DNA of 32,000 bases from Wolbachia endosymbiont of Cimex lectularius. GTDB lineage: Bacteria; Pseudomonadota; Alphaproteobacteria; Rickettsiales; Anaplasmataceae. The notes beneath the pieces were generated by a model, which saw nothing but the letters and a program-made list of their open reading frames with translations, did not search any database and had not been told where the DNA came from. How positions within the stretch are numbered: the first letter of the stretch is position 1; each line of letters begins with the position of its first letter. This document shows positions 1 through 8,592 of this stretch, piece by piece. The DNA lies in NCBI RefSeq assembly GCF_000829315.1, contig NZ_AP013028.1, positions 1,170,001 through 1,202,000 of the forward strand, written 5' to 3'. A program made the translations under genes and the position numbers.

Positions 1-46
1 ATCTATGCTTACTTTACCTCACATTTCCAAGATTTTAAACAGGTTC
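1..46 (-). mobile_element. Terminal 46 bp (left end, inverted) of a second copy of the IS5-family element; the rest lies outside the window
   Basis: The reverse complement of 1..46 is identical to 17276..17321, the left end of the complete IS. It ends in the same GAACCTGTTTAAAATCTT terminal repeat and abuts a TTA (=TAA) triplet at 47..49. Confidence 0.85.
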
Positions 47-465
47 TTATAATGATACTAAAGCTATTTGTTTATCTTCGCAATCTGTGCAGGTTAAAGA
101 CAAAAAACTTAGGGTATTTGGCGTCTCATGTTTAAATTTTTGCACTATGTGCACCTCACGTCTTTTTAAAACTTCTGGTTTTTACCTATACAAGCTGAAA
201 CGCGCTTATAAGTCGTTTAAGACAGTATAGAACGTCAAATAGACAAGGGAGAATTTGAATACTAGCTGCCCTAGAGTTTTTTTGCCTTTTTTTCCGCTCA
301 GTAAAATTCTTAACGTTTACAGTTTTGGTTAGTTGCATTTAAAAGTAGCTGAATCGTAGCGCTGAGAATAAAAACGCCGATATTTGAGGTACATATAAAT
401 AATTAGCCACCAACGGGGCTTCTTTTGCTTTTTTCTCCATTTGGTAAGTTTCTTAAATATTAAAG
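47..465 (+). repeat. Promoter-bearing intergenic repeat, copy A. The -35 region has been removed by the IS insertion; the leader and two tandem T-rich-ended modules are retained.
   Basis: Positions 123..242 are 120/120 identical to 8245..8364. The flanks are alignable with 8168..8578. Module ends lie at ~275-300 and ~415-465 (GGGGCTTCTTTTGCTTTTTT..TTGGTAAGTTTCTTAAATATT). Confidence 0.85.
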
Positions 466-500
466 CAATTCATGAACGAACATTTATTTTTACAACAAGT

Positions 501-582
501 GGTGTCATTCCAGCGTCACGCGCTGGAATGACAAAAAAAGGAGGCGCTGGGATGACAAGAAAAGGAGCTACTTACATGACAC
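501..582. repeat. Hairpin-repeat cluster: one 13-bp-stem palindrome (503..533) plus two half-site remnants
   Basis: TGTCATTCCAGCG-tcacg-CGCTGGAATGACA, followed by GCGCTGGGATGACA and GCTACTTACATGACACC. The same motif family occurs at 8593..8860 and 19964..20235. Confidence 0.85.
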
Positions 583-695
583 CACTTTTGCTTCAATGTT
601 TACCACGCCCCTTATATGTTAAGAACAAGCAATTTTCTCATAGTAACAGTAGAGGCAATTTTATATGGTTCTTTATGTTGATTATATAATAAAGA

Positions 696-1154
696 TCATC
701 CTTCGCAAAAAGCGGGAAGGAAGGCTAAAAGACAGCTAACCATAACATTGGAAAGACATCTAGCTGGTAGGCCTCTCAATAAATCAATTATTTCCTTATT
801 CTTAGCAAAAGAAAGCGGTTTTTTACCATTATTATCTTTTATGTTAGTTTTAGCTTCTGCTTCGAGAAGAAGTTCAACCATATCAGTGTTATTGAAACAA
901 GTAGCATAGTGCAATACAGTTCTCCCCAGATTGTCTTGGGCATCAATGTCTGCTCCTGCTCTGAGAAGAAGTTCAACCATATCAGTATCATTGAAATAAG
1001 CAGCATAATGTAAAGCAGTTCTTTTCATATCATCTTTGGCATTAATGTCTGTATGCTTGCCCATTAGACGCTCATGGCCTACTGGTCCAACTTCATTATT
1101 ACGGTACTCCTTTAAAATTTTATATAAATCATAACCTCTGGTACCATTTAGCAT
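696..1154 (-). CDS. Ankyrin-repeat protein (2 full and 1 partial ANK repeats) with a C-terminal hydrophobic tail
   Basis: ANK consensus occurs twice (TALHYAAYFNDTDMVELLLRAGADIDAQD and TVLHYATCFNNTDMVELLLEAEAKTNIKD). The start is set at ATG 1154, which is preceded by GGAGG 8 nt upstream; the ORF track begins at TTG 1187. The C-terminus LSNVMVSCLLAFLPAF is hydrophobic. Confidence 0.85.
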   Translation of the reverse strand: MLNGTRGYDLYKILKEYRNNEVGPVGHERLMGKHTDINAKDDMKRTALHYAAYFNDTDMVELLLRAGADIDAQDNLGRTVLHYATCFNNTDMVELLLEAEAKTNIKDNNGKKPLSFAKNKEIIDLLRGLPARCLSNVMVSCLLAFLPAFCEG

Positions 1155-1249
1155 AATTTTACCTCCATATACACTAACGATTGACAAGTATTTTTATAAA
1201 GCTCAACATATTGCATTTATAGAAGAGTTGCAAGATATCTTTTAAGCAT

Positions 1250-3700
1250 TTATTTTTTATTCTTAATTAACTCTAAAGCTTTTTTCAAATCTATACTTTC
1301 AATGTCTGCATTTTTGCCTAAGGCAACATTTGTTTTACCGCATTTTATATAGAATCCATACTTACCGTTGCAGATGAAAACTTCTTTTCCCTTGTCATTA
1401 AAACCGAGGGATTTTAGCTCTTTACGTGGGCTTTTTGCAATAATTTGCACAGCTTCATCCAATTGCGTGTCCAATACCTCCTTGGAGCTCTTCTTAAGAG
1501 AAAAGTATCTACCATCATAGAAAATATAGTACCCAAATCTTCCAAGGCCTATTTTTACTTCCTTCCCGGTTTCTGGGTGTTCTCCGATTACTTTTGGCAA
1601 GGAAAGTAACTGAATAGCGGTATTCAGATCAATATCATTAACATTTATATCTTTTGGTATGGAAACCGTTTTTTTCTTTTTCGACTCGTTATTGAATTCC
1701 AGGTAAAGCCCAAAAGGGCCTTTTTTGATCATCACCTCTTGCCCTGTCACATCGTCTATACCCAAACTTTTTGGGTATTCTGAGTTGTCATTACTACCTG
1801 TAATTTCTTTTGTATGGCTGCATGCAGGGTAGTTAGAACATCCAAGAAATACTCCCGCTCTTCCAAAATTCAATTTCAATATACCATCAGAACAATCAGG
1901 ACATTTTTTGCCTATTTCTTCCTTTCCTTCTTCTGAACAAAACCAATCGACTACCAAGCTGTAAATGCCGCTAAAAATCTCATCATGCGTCATTTGCTTG
2001 ACAGAGTTTACATGATTAAAAAATGGTACCCAAAAATAGCCTAGCTCTTTTTTCCAATCTGCACGTCCATTTGAGATTAAATCAAGCTTTTCTTCCATTT
2101 GTGCTGTGAAATTATACTCTATACAACGCTGAAAAAAGGTTTCTAGAAATATGGTAACGATCTTACCGCGGCTGCTTGGAATAAATCTTTTATTATCCAG
2201 TGTAACGTACTCACGGTCTTGCAATACTGAAATAATTGCTGCATAAGTTGATGGACGGCCTATACCAATTTCCTCCATTTTTTTAACAATGCTTGCTTCA
2301 CTATAACGTGGTGGCGGTTGAGTAAAATGCTGTTTTGGATCAACAGAAATCAATTTGCACGCTTCACCTTCTTTCATGGCAGGTAGCATGCCCTCATCTT
2401 CATCATCTGCGTTATCTCTATAAACTTTATAGAACCCATCAAAAAATATGCTCGACCCACTTGCTCGTAGAATTACCTTCTGATCAGTAGAACTAATTTC
2501 AACCACCACTTGATCGAGGATAGCCGATTCCATCTGACTTGCGATGGTTCTTTTCCAAATCAGATCATACAATTTAAATTGTTCTGGCGTTAAATAGTCT
2601 TTGATACTACCTGGCGTTCTATTTATATCAGTTGGACGAATTGCTTCATGCGCTTCCTGAGCGTTTTTGATCTTTTTTACATATTGACGAGGAGACTTGG
2701 GTAAATATTTATCGCCATATAACGACTTAATTGACTCTCTGATTGAGTTTATAGCCTCATCTGCAATATAAAACCCATCTGTACGCATGTAAGTTATCAA
2801 CCCGACAGTTTCACCACCAATATCGATACCTTCATATAGGTTTTGCGCTATGCGCATAACATTTTTCACATTAAAGTAAAGCTTATTCACTGCATCTTGT
2901 TGAAGACTTGAAGTAATAAATGGAGGAAGCGGGTTTCTCTTAACTTGCTTGCGTTCTACTGTGCTTACAGCATATTGCCTTGACTCAATCTCCCCAACTA
3001 AGTTCTTTGCTTCCTCTTCATTCTTAATATCAAATTTTTCTAGCTTTTTATTGTCATAGTGGCTGAGCATAGCAAAGAACGTTTCGTCTTTGCTGTTTTG
3101 CATCTCTGCCTTTATGCTCCAATACTCCTGTGTTATAAATTTACTAATTTCATCTTCCCGCTCGCATATGAGCTTGAGTGCAACAGATTGCACCCGTCCT
3201 GCAGATTTGCTTCCTGACAACTTCGTCCATAAAAGTGGCGACAAATTAAATCCAACCAGGTAATCTAAAGCTCTGCGTGCTTGTTGCGCACGCACTAAGT
3301 CCATGTTTATTTCGCGTGGATTCTTTATCGCTTCTTGCACTGCCCTTTTTGTTATCTCATTAAAGACTACTCTATAAATGTGACTTTTATCATTGATTGC
3401 TTTTCTTTCCTTTAGTGCCTCTACTACATTCCAAGCTATTGCTTCTCCTTCTCTATCTGGATCTGTTGCAAGGTATATGTCTGATGTTTTACTTGCTTCC
3501 TTTGCCAGCTCTTTCACATACTTCTCTGCTTTTTTAATAATCTCATACTTTATGGCAAAATCATTATCTGGATCAACAGAACCGTTTTTTACTGGCAGAT
3601 CTCTCACATGTCCAAAAGATGCAGCTACCTTGAACTCTTTACTTAGATACTTACCTATCGTTTTTGCCTTCGCAGGCGACTCAACTATCAATAAAGCCAT
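1250..3700 (-). CDS. topA: DNA topoisomerase I (type IA)
   Basis: 816-aa ORF with a TOPRIM N-terminus (LIVESPAKAKTIGKYL, DPDREGE), an active-site Tyr region (GLITYMRTD) and a C-terminal Cys4 zinc ribbon (CPDCSDG..CSNYPAC). Confidence 0.95.
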   Translation of the reverse strand: MALLIVESPAKAKTIGKYLSKEFKVAASFGHVRDLPVKNGSVDPDNDFAIKYEIIKKAEKYVKELAKEASKTSDIYLATDPDREGEAIAWNVVEALKERKAINDKSHIYRVVFNEITKRAVQEAIKNPREINMDLVRAQQARRALDYLVGFNLSPLLWTKLSGSKSAGRVQSVALKLICEREDEISKFITQEYWSIKAEMQNSKDETFFAMLSHYDNKKLEKFDIKNEEEAKNLVGEIESRQYAVSTVERKQVKRNPLPPFITSSLQQDAVNKLYFNVKNVMRIAQNLYEGIDIGGETVGLITYMRTDGFYIADEAINSIRESIKSLYGDKYLPKSPRQYVKKIKNAQEAHEAIRPTDINRTPGSIKDYLTPEQFKLYDLIWKRTIASQMESAILDQVVVEISSTDQKVILRASGSSIFFDGFYKVYRDNADDEDEGMLPAMKEGEACKLISVDPKQHFTQPPPRYSEASIVKKMEEIGIGRPSTYAAIISVLQDREYVTLDNKRFIPSSRGKIVTIFLETFFQRCIEYNFTAQMEEKLDLISNGRADWKKELGYFWVPFFNHVNSVKQMTHDEIFSGIYSLVVDWFCSEEGKEEIGKKCPDCSDGILKLNFGRAGVFLGCSNYPACSHTKEITGSNDNSEYPKSLGIDDVTGQEVMIKKGPFGLYLEFNNESKKKKTVSIPKDINVNDIDLNTAIQLLSLPKVIGEHPETGKEVKIGLGRFGYYIFYDGRYFSLKKSSKEVLDTQLDEAVQIIAKSPRKELKSLGFNDKGKEVFICNGKYGFYIKCGKTNVALGKNADIESIDLKKALELIKNKK

Positions 3701-3890
3701 AATTATTAGTATTTAAAGATAATATGTTGAGGAATATATAATGAAATGTAAAAAAATATTTTAATGGGTCCTGTGAATTTTACAAAGTGGGTTGTTGAAG
3801 GTCTTTAGGAAACACTTTACATTAACTATTCCAACTATTATCGGTTAATGTCAAATTTTGCAATGATACAACATCCGATGCTCCCTTTCT

Positions 3891-3921
3891 TGTTATCCAA
3901 GTAGTTAAAACTGGAATAACA
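3891..3921. repeat. Degenerate member of the hairpin-repeat family
   Basis: TGTTATCCAAGTAG-ttaaaa-CTGGAATAACA is an imperfect palindrome related to GTCATCCAAGTAGCTGACACTGGGAT. Confidence 0.6.
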
Positions 3922-3952
3922 TCATGCGTTCGAGGTAAAACAGGTCCTCTGG

Positions 3953-5758
3953 CTATACATCATCAAGCATAGCGTGATTAACTTCAACCTTATACTTTGA
4001 TTCTAGATAGCTAATTAATTGCTCTTTTAGCAATATCATCACGCGTTTTCCAGTATCAAATGTGTTTAATCTGCCACTTGATGAATACATCTCTTTTAGA
4101 ACGCCTATTATAACTTCATTATTATATTGAATAGGGTCTGTCACCGAGTCAGTTGTCTTCATATTAAAAATCTCTTCTATAAAAGAAAAAGGATAATTTT
4201 GTCGGTCTGCTTCATTGCGGTGTATCTGCTGATCTTTAATTAATTCTACACCTTGAGTTTTCTCCAAATCTGTTTTCTCTTTTAGTTGAGCTGCAATTTC
4301 TTGCCCAATCTTAAACATTTGTTCTTTTATAAACCCATCACGCCAAAGGTCTTCTACTGATGCTTTGCCTTCTTCAAAACTTTGCAGTTTAGGCGGGATA
4401 ATATCGGTGATCTTTACACTGACAACGGCATCTTCAATGCCTTTAAAATAACTTCTCTGGTCTTTTTCTCGAGAAAAGATAAAAGAAATCAAATCATTAG
4501 AACTTTCTACACTATTACCACTTTGATCCTTTCCGCCCGCATCTACCGTACCAATGGCTTGTATAGGTAAATTGTATTCACTGGATATTTCCTCAATCGT
4601 TGCGCCATTGTATATCTTATAATTTGCTTGATTTATGAAATCGTTGACTTTTTCAAAAGACTTTCGGTTAATTAAAACTGATTTCACGTCCTTTTTTAAA
4701 TCAGCTAAGTTTTCGCTAGAAATTTGATGCGCACTTTCCACTTTTATTATATGCCAACCAAAACTGCTTACTAAAACTTCACTTACTTCGCCTACCTTGA
4801 GAGCAAATACCTTTTCTCCCATACCCTCTGGTAGAAAATCCTTGGTTATATTATTCATCCTGGCTTCCTCAAGTTTTGTTTTACCAAACTCTTCCGCTAT
4901 CTGCTCAAAGCTTATTTTGCCCTCTTCAAATGTTTTTCTTGCCGCTTCGGCTTCCTCTTTAGAATGAAATATTAGGTTGAATATATCTCTTTGATCCTTA
5001 AGTTTCTGTTGTTCTATTATATCATCAACCTCTTCATCTGAGATCTGAACTTGATCTTCAAAATATTTTTGGCCTAAAGAAATATACTGTGCAGCTCGAT
5101 ATTCAGGATAATAAAAATGGGATTTATTTTTTTCATATAAGTCAAGTAAAGTTTGATTATCTGGCTTGGGAACATTTGTAACTGCATCTTTAGTTATTTT
5201 AACAATATCAACTACTCTGGTTTGGTGGCGATTTCTGTATATCTGCTCATCAATTTTCTCGCCAAAAGTCACTGGATAATTATCTCTAAACAGTGAAGTT
5301 ACAAACATCATTGCAGGCAGAATTTTCTCTAGCTTTGCTGTATATTCTCCTTCTGTCATATGCAGGGCGTTTAGCGTCTCATGAAATTTCCCTTTGTCAA
5401 ACTCACCTTCATCGTTTTGAAAGTATTTAGTATTTTTAATATGGTCCTTTATAGACTCTTCTCCAATTACCAACCCCAGATCACTCATCAGGTTAAACAA
5501 TAGTTTTTGCTCTATGAGTGCATTAAGTAAATCGTATTTTAGTCTTTTTACTTGTTCTTCACTAACATTGGATCCAAAAATTTGCTTTCCGTAATTTTGA
5601 TATAGCGATTTATACTCATCTAGTGTTATAACTTCCTTTCCAACTCTAGCTAACTCCTCCTTTTTATTGTCATCTGATAGAAGGTTGCCAACTCCCATAA
5701 AGATTAATAAACAAACTAAAATGACAACGATTACTTTAGTGGACAAGTTTTTATTCAT
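3953..5758 (-). CDS. ppiD: Periplasmic chaperone / peptidyl-prolyl isomerase, PpiD/SurA-like
   Basis: 601-aa ORF with an N-terminal signal-anchor helix (VIVVILVCLLIFMGV), a long SurA-N-like region and a parvulin rotamase signature (SSFGWHIIKV). Confidence 0.75.
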   Translation of the reverse strand: MNKNLSTKVIVVILVCLLIFMGVGNLLSDDNKKEELARVGKEVITLDEYKSLYQNYGKQIFGSNVSEEQVKRLKYDLLNALIEQKLLFNLMSDLGLVIGEESIKDHIKNTKYFQNDEGEFDKGKFHETLNALHMTEGEYTAKLEKILPAMMFVTSLFRDNYPVTFGEKIDEQIYRNRHQTRVVDIVKITKDAVTNVPKPDNQTLLDLYEKNKSHFYYPEYRAAQYISLGQKYFEDQVQISDEEVDDIIEQQKLKDQRDIFNLIFHSKEEAEAARKTFEEGKISFEQIAEEFGKTKLEEARMNNITKDFLPEGMGEKVFALKVGEVSEVLVSSFGWHIIKVESAHQISSENLADLKKDVKSVLINRKSFEKVNDFINQANYKIYNGATIEEISSEYNLPIQAIGTVDAGGKDQSGNSVESSNDLISFIFSREKDQRSYFKGIEDAVVSVKITDIIPPKLQSFEEGKASVEDLWRDGFIKEQMFKIGQEIAAQLKEKTDLEKTQGVELIKDQQIHRNEADRQNYPFSFIEEIFNMKTTDSVTDPIQYNNEVIIGVLKEMYSSSGRLNTFDTGKRVMILLKEQLISYLESKYKVEVNHAMLDDV

Positions 5759-5873
5759 AAACGCAAAAGTTGATTATTGGTTAATTATAGAATAGTGATA
5801 ATTTAGTTCTTGTAAACCTGTTGATTATAGTATCAACTTGTGTCTGCAGAGAGTTTTCAGATTATTAGATAGT

Positions 5874-6833
5874 CTAATCTCCTTGACTGAAAAAGCTGAC
5901 TATATTTTCTTTTACTTCCATGCTGTCTGTCATGTTATTTACTCTCACACGAAATTCAGATGAGTTTTTAAACCCGCTGCTATACCAGCCTATGTGTTTG
6001 CGGGCCATTTTTATCCCCGTGTCGTTTCCGTAATACTCAAGAATACTATCGTAATGTTCAAGTATGATGTTTAATCTCTCTGAAGCTGTTGGCTCAGAAA
6101 TTTCACCTCCACTTAGAAAGTTCATTGCTTGATTAATCAACCAGGGTTTGCCATAAGCGCCACGACCTATCATCACTCCGTCTGCTCCGGATTCTTTGAG
6201 CGCATTTTGAATGTCATTCAAATTTTTAATGTCACCATTTACTATCACTGGAATTTTTACTTGCTCTTTGACATTCCTAACGAATTTCCAATCTGCTTGA
6301 CCGTTATAAAGCTGTGCTCTTGTTCTTCCGTGCACAGTGATCATTTTTGCACCTAAATCCTCTGCGATTTTCGCTAAACGTGGAGCGTTGCGATTTTCGT
6401 CGTTCCATCCAGTGCGCATTTTCACCGTAACTGGCACATTAACTGCCTTGACTACAGCTTCAATTATTTCGGCAGCCTTTTTTTCATCGCGCATTATCGC
6501 TGATCCTGCATAACCGTTTACAACTTTTTTGACTGGGCAACCAAAGTTTATATCTATGATTTTTGCGCCCATATCCTCGTTTAATTTTGCAGCCTCTGCC
6601 ATAACGTCGGGTTTGCACCCAGCGAGTTGTACAGCGGTTAACTCATCAACTTTTGCTTCTTGCATACTCTGGCGAGTTTGCAAAATCATAGCTCTGCTTG
6701 CGATCATTTCTGAGACTAACAAACTTGCACCAAGTTTTTTTACAATACTTCTGAATGGATAATCAGTCACTCCAGACATTGGCGCTAAGATTACCGGAGG
6801 ATCGATCGTTAGATTTCCTATTTGAAGGGGCAT
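5874..6833 (-). CDS. dusB: tRNA-dihydrouridine synthase (Dus/NifR3 family)
   Basis: Motifs [24 protein letters not shown] and HGRTR. The start is moved to ATG 6833 (MPLQIGNL), 7 nt after the upstream ORF stop at 6841. Confidence 0.9.
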   Translation of the reverse strand: MPLQIGNLTIDPPVILAPMSGVTDYPFRSIVKKLGASLLVSEMIASRAMILQTRQSMQEAKVDELTAVQLAGCKPDVMAEAAKLNEDMGAKIIDINFGCPVKKVVNGYAGSAIMRDEKKAAEIIEAVVKAVNVPVTVKMRTGWNDENRNAPRLAKIAEDLGAKMITVHGRTRAQLYNGQADWKFVRNVKEQVKIPVIVNGDIKNLNDIQNALKESGADGVMIGRGAYGKPWLINQAMNFLSGGEISEPTASERLNIILEHYDSILEYYGNDTGIKMARKHIGWYSSGFKNSSEFRVRVNNMTDSMEVKENIVSFFSQGD

Positions 6834-6840
6834 AAGTTTA

Positions 6841-7992
6841 CTAGTTACTTGGTCCAAGTGCATTCGCGCACTTTTTGACAAGACCGCAAACAATCGATCT
6901 TGGTTTCTCTAAAACAGACGAAGCTACCTCGGCTTTCTCGTAATGATCAGGCTTTAAATATATTGTTTCGCGTTCTCTGTTGCCCCATAACTCATCATTC
7001 TGCTGATAACCCTCATTTATCATTTCTGGATTTGGCTTAAACACTGTGTGTACATCATTACCATTATTTTTATAATGAACGTCAATTTCAATATCAGCCA
7101 ACGAAGCTAAAATAGGGATTTCTTCTATGAAAACATAGTAACTTTGACTTCTGATTGCTTCTAGGTAGGATTTGTAAATCAGTTTACTGTTGAGAAGAGA
7201 ATTTGCTGCACTCTCACTATTATAATTTTTGTCATATCTTTTTGCACTGAAAAAATTGCTGACAGCTAGCTCTTTGAGGTTGCTCTTAACTTCATTTTCA
7301 GGCAAATCCATACGAAGTAATTTTCTTATCAACTTTTCAACCTTTCTTTTAACTTTCTTTATTTTCTTATTTGTGTGTTCAGCCAACTTTTTTATTTTGT
7401 CAGACTTGCCAGTTAAATCTTCTGGTTTATTTAAGAACATGTTGAAAACTTTTCCTAGCTGAGCTTTTAAAGAAGTTGGCATACTTGCGTCATCCAAAGA
7501 TGTGAATTGACTTAAAAATTTGTGCCATTCCAGTCTCATCTCTTGTGCTTTTTCAGCCTTATATTGACCAGAGCTATTATCACCGAACACTGCATAGAAA
7601 AAGCAATTACCATTTCCTGCAGTATTGTATGTTTTAACTTGTGTTTTTTTAGTTTGCTCGCTTTCTGATGACTTGATACCACTATCCCCATCTGGAGTTT
7701 TTTGCTTTTCTTGATCTGTTTTCTTTCCTTTGAAATGATCCCTAACCAAGCAAAACAAAGGCTCAATAGCCACTTTGTATATAACTGTAAGAACTACTCC
7801 CATTACAGCCCAAACCACAGGACGAGAGATTAGCATAGTAAGTGGAAAGGTCAGTAGAGGAGATCCTACTATCAACCATAAACAGCCAATGGTAAATGTA
7901 GCCGCCAGATGTATACCAAAAGCGTGAATAGCAAACCTTCCACCATCTTTGAGTTTAGTAAGGTAAGTATCCTTTTCTGTAGTACCTAACAT
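6841..7992 (-). CDS. Membrane-anchored OTU-like cysteine protease (putative deubiquitinase-type effector)
   Basis: 383-aa ORF with 2-3 N-terminal TM helices (aa ~20-80). It has an OTU Cys-loop, [13 protein letters not shown] (Cys130, 7603..7605), and a C-terminal His motif, LKPDHYEKA (His350, 6943..6945). A Lys-rich helical insert lies between them. Confidence 0.65.
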   Translation of the reverse strand: MLGTTEKDTYLTKLKDGGRFAIHAFGIHLAATFTIGCLWLIVGSPLLTFPLTMLISRPVVWAVMGVVLTVIYKVAIEPLFCLVRDHFKGKKTDQEKQKTPDGDSGIKSSESEQTKKTQVKTYNTAGNGNCFFYAVFGDNSSGQYKAEKAQEMRLEWHKFLSQFTSLDDASMPTSLKAQLGKVFNMFLNKPEDLTGKSDKIKKLAEHTNKKIKKVKRKVEKLIRKLLRMDLPENEVKSNLKELAVSNFFSAKRYDKNYNSESAANSLLNSKLIYKSYLEAIRSQSYYVFIEEIPILASLADIEIDVHYKNNGNDVHTVFKPNPEMINEGYQQNDELWGNRERETIYLKPDHYEKAEVASSVLEKPRSIVCGLVKKCANALGPSN

Positions 7993-8021
7993 GTTATATC
8001 CATGAATGCCAAGTTAACTAG

Positions 8022-8050
8022 ATTTTAGCAAATTTTGGGGGTAAAGTCAA
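8022..8050 (-). promoter_or_regulatory. Putative sigma70-type promoter for the OTU-like gene (and dusB)
   Basis: On the minus strand: TTGACT (8045..8050), 17-nt spacer, TAAAAT (8022..8027), about 30 nt upstream of ATG 7992. Confidence 0.5.
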
Positions 8051-8129
8051 TTATGATGATCTTATACCAATTTCCACTACACAGAAGGCGGATGGACAAC
8101 AGTGGAAAAAGTTATAACGTCATCCAATA

Positions 8130-8578
8130 GAAACAAAAAAAACTACTTGACAAATTCCTCCAACCCCATTATAATGATACTGAAGCTATTCATTTAACTT
8201 CACAATCTGCAGATTAAAACGACAAAGGAAACTTTGTATTTGGTGTCTCATGTTTAAATTTTTGCACTATGTGCACCTCACGTCTTTTTAAAACTTCTGG
8301 TTTTTACCTATACAAGCTGAAACGCGCTTATAAGTCGTTTAAGACAGTATAGAACGTCAAATAGAACAAGAGAGAATTTGAATACTAGCTGCTCTGGGTT
8401 TCTTTTGCCTTTTTTTTCTGCTTAGTAAATTTCTTAGCACTTAAGTTAAGGGCCTGTTACAGTTTAAAAGTCGCTAAATTGCAGCGTTTAAGACCTTAAA
8501 AAACGCCAATACTGAAAATAAATATTGATCAGGGCTTTTTTTGCTTTTTTTTCACTTGGTAAATTTCTTAATATTTAT
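8130..8578 (+). repeat. Promoter-bearing intergenic repeat, copy B (the most complete: promoter, leader and two tandem modules)
   Basis: See the promoter at 8147..8175. The core 8245..8364 is identical to 123..242. Modules end at 8393..8440 and 8530..8578 (GGGCTTTTTTTGCTTTTTTTT-CACTTGGTAAATTTCTTAA), 136 nt apart. Confidence 0.85.
8147..8175 (+). promoter_or_regulatory. Consensus sigma70-type promoter inside repeat copy B
   Basis: TTGACA (8147..8152), exactly 17 nt spacer, TATAAT (8170..8175). It is preceded by the A-tract AGAAACAAAAAAAACTAC. Confidence 0.7.
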
Positions 8579-8592
8579 TGCTAGAATAGTAT

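Noticed and set aside
441-689. 82-aa ORF (..SGVIPASRAGMTKKGGAGMTRKG..)
   Set aside because: It is simply the translation of the hairpin-repeat cluster at 501..582. There is no SD, and the same peptide signature recurs wherever the repeat occurs.
3393-3716. 107-aa ORF antisense to the 5' end of topA (similar antisense ORFs occur inside dusB, ppiD, serS, guaA, PBP2 and mreB)
   Set aside because: Each is fully embedded opposite a strongly supported CDS, with no independent start signals.
7536-7766. 76-aa alternative-frame ORF inside the OTU-like gene
   Set aside because: It is on the same strand but out of frame within a longer ORF that carries recognisable motifs, and its Lys-rich content reflects the A-rich sequence.
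8393-8420. GGG(C/T)TTCTTTTGC plus T-run module ends interpreted as canonical rho-independent terminators
   Set aside because: The stems available are only 3-5 bp including G-U pairs. I keep this as a possibility inside the repeat finding but do not annotate them as terminators.
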